A DNA stretch of 64,000 nt from contig OZ281498.1 of the NCBI GenBank assembly GCA_965637545.1, positions 27,652,001-27,716,000 on the forward strand, in the 5' to 3' direction. The notes beneath the pieces were generated by a model that was not told the DNA's origin, did no database searches, and worked only from the letters and a program-made list of their open reading frames with translations. The stretch is from Phallusia mammillata (lineage: Eukaryota). Made by a program: the position numbers and the translations under genes. Below, one piece after another: positions 62,435-64,000 of this stretch. Position 1 is the first letter of the stretch. The number at the start of each line of letters is the position of its first letter.

Positions 62435-64000
62435 ATTATAAGGGAGAGACGAGCGCTGTTGAACTCTCTGGAGTCAGATACAGTTGAAACGACGAAAGTT
62501 GACGACAAGGCGACAGGAGAGTCGTTCGCTTTCCGCAAAAGGAAGGGACAATATGTTGATTTTCTTGATGTGCTCATACAGACCAAGGTAAACATTAAAA
62601 GATACAACGAACGCTTGCTGCTCACATGTATTTTATCAACGAACATGTTGTGTTTGTTTATTGTGTTTTAGGACCAAGACGAAGTTGGGTTGACAGACAA
62701 AGATGTAGTAGATGAAGTTCAAACGTTTTTCTTAGCCGGCCAAGACACAGTTTCAAACGGTAACAACAAAGTCAACAGGTTTGCTTGCACAAAGTGGCCT
62801 TAATATTTACTTTGTAGGTTTATCATGGTTCATGTATCAAATTTCGAAACATCCAGAATTATCAACAGAGATGCCGGGAAGAGATTAATGACGCAATCGG
62901 AAGCAGACCGGAAGTGAAAAAAGTTATAAACGATTTTATTTAACTGCTTTGATTTCTGCATCATCAAACTTCTACACAACGCAACTATAGTCGCGCTTTT
63001 ACACAGCCAACAAGCAACACATATTAGCGTTTTCCCAGCAGCGGTTGGATTAAACATCTGTTGTTGTTTTTCTCATACACTATGAATAGTGCTGGAAAGA
63101 CTAACGTTGGCGTCAGCTGACACGAGAGAAAACAAGTTTGCAAGTCAAACAAACATGTTTTTCCCCAATGCTTTAGACCTGAGGTTCTTGGCCAAAACGA
63201 ATGATCAAAACTATATGTTTGGTTTGTAAAAGAAACTGAAAGGTTATTAATAATTTCGATATCTCCCTAGAGGGAATCAAAGGAACGAAATGTTAACTTC
63301 TTCTGCTTTAGACATTCAAATAACTACCCACAGCATTGCCGGATTAACAAACGTTGTAATCAAAGTGTCAAACTTTTGTGGCAATATGGACCCTAAGTGT
63401 CTTTATATTGTTAAAATACCTTGCATAAAGCCACATAAACCAAGCATATGAATACACTGTTGCTGCCAGGCATAACGTATCAACAAAATTTTCAGCTCTT
63501 CCGGCAGTTTTTTATTCTACTGTGCCAACGTTTCGATGTCCCATACGAAACACCTTCATCAGGGTAATGACATACATTGCAAACACAAGTTAAATAATGA
63601 CATACATTGCAAATACATTGCAAACACAAGTTAAAGCGAAAAGGGCGGCGAAACACACACAAAAAAGGCGGTAGAAAAAACGCAATGCGCACCAATGGTC
63701 GTGTGATAACACCTGGCTCAATGGTGCAAAAGGCTAACCTGCCACATAATTTATAAAATTGCAGCAATTTTTCAGTTAAAGAAGATCATTGTTTACTTCT
63801 TCTTAGACACACCGACAGTGCGACCACGTCGTCCGGTTGTTTTGGTGTGTTGACCGCGTGTTGATGCCGGTTGTTCATCTTGTTGGCCGCCAACTTGACG
63901 AAGATATCGCATCGGTTCAATGGATACAAAGAAATCAAACTACATAAGGGACAGAAATTGTCGGTAAACTTCTACGCATTGCATCGCCATGAGGAAATAT
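62435..64000 (+). pseudogene. Inverted partial CYP4 copy C (exons 6-9; runs off the window)
   Basis: IIRERRALLNSLES...DFLDVLIQTK|DQDEVGLTDKDVVDEVQTFFLAGQDTVSN|GLSWFMYQISKHPE, then a +1 frameshift; exon 9 has a replaced 5' part and an 8-nt deletion. Confidence 0.82.
63522..63568 (-). ncRNA. Minimal type I hammerhead ribozyme motif within a Penelope-like terminal repeat (63450-63570)
   Basis: acc-CTGATGA-a-ggtgtttc(gtat)gggacatc-GAAA-cg-TT-ggca: intact core, 8-bp stem II including GU pairs, palindromic ACGU stem III, short stem I. Confidence 0.6.

Overview
AT-rich, gene-dense eukaryotic DNA with short GT-AG introns and chordate-like proteins. An ascidian/tunicate origin is my inference from the compact gene spacing and operon-like junctions; it is not proven. 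From left to right: two intronless tandem IL-17-receptor-like (SEFIR) genes; a transposon-rich region without clear genes (about 11-22 kb); NEDD8 ending 23 nt before TRAPPC1; SPCS2; a BCH/BNIP2-domain gene with an 8.6-kb acidic exon directly downstream of a PRUNE (DHH/DHHA2) gene; SSR3 head-to-head with PRUNE and tail-to-tail with GPS2; and a CYP4-clan cluster with one intact gene, one pseudogene and one inverted fragment. Repeats include several hAT MITE families with 8-bp TSDs, a Tc1/mariner MITE, a 9-bp-TSD MITE, a Helentron-like element and Penelope-like remnants carrying minimal hammerhead motifs. The strongest leads are three. (1) Receptor 1 has about 8 pLxIS-like (IRF-recruiting) motifs in its tail and receptor 2 has two more; both promoters carry an NF-kB site and receptor 1 also has an ISRE-like site. 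(2) PRUNE and the giant BCH gene look like separate operon cistrons that could also be spliced in frame into a PRUNE2-like fusion. (3) NEDD8 and TRAPPC1 form an overlapping or bicistronic unit. Exon boundaries and translations were read by eye; no database searches were run.
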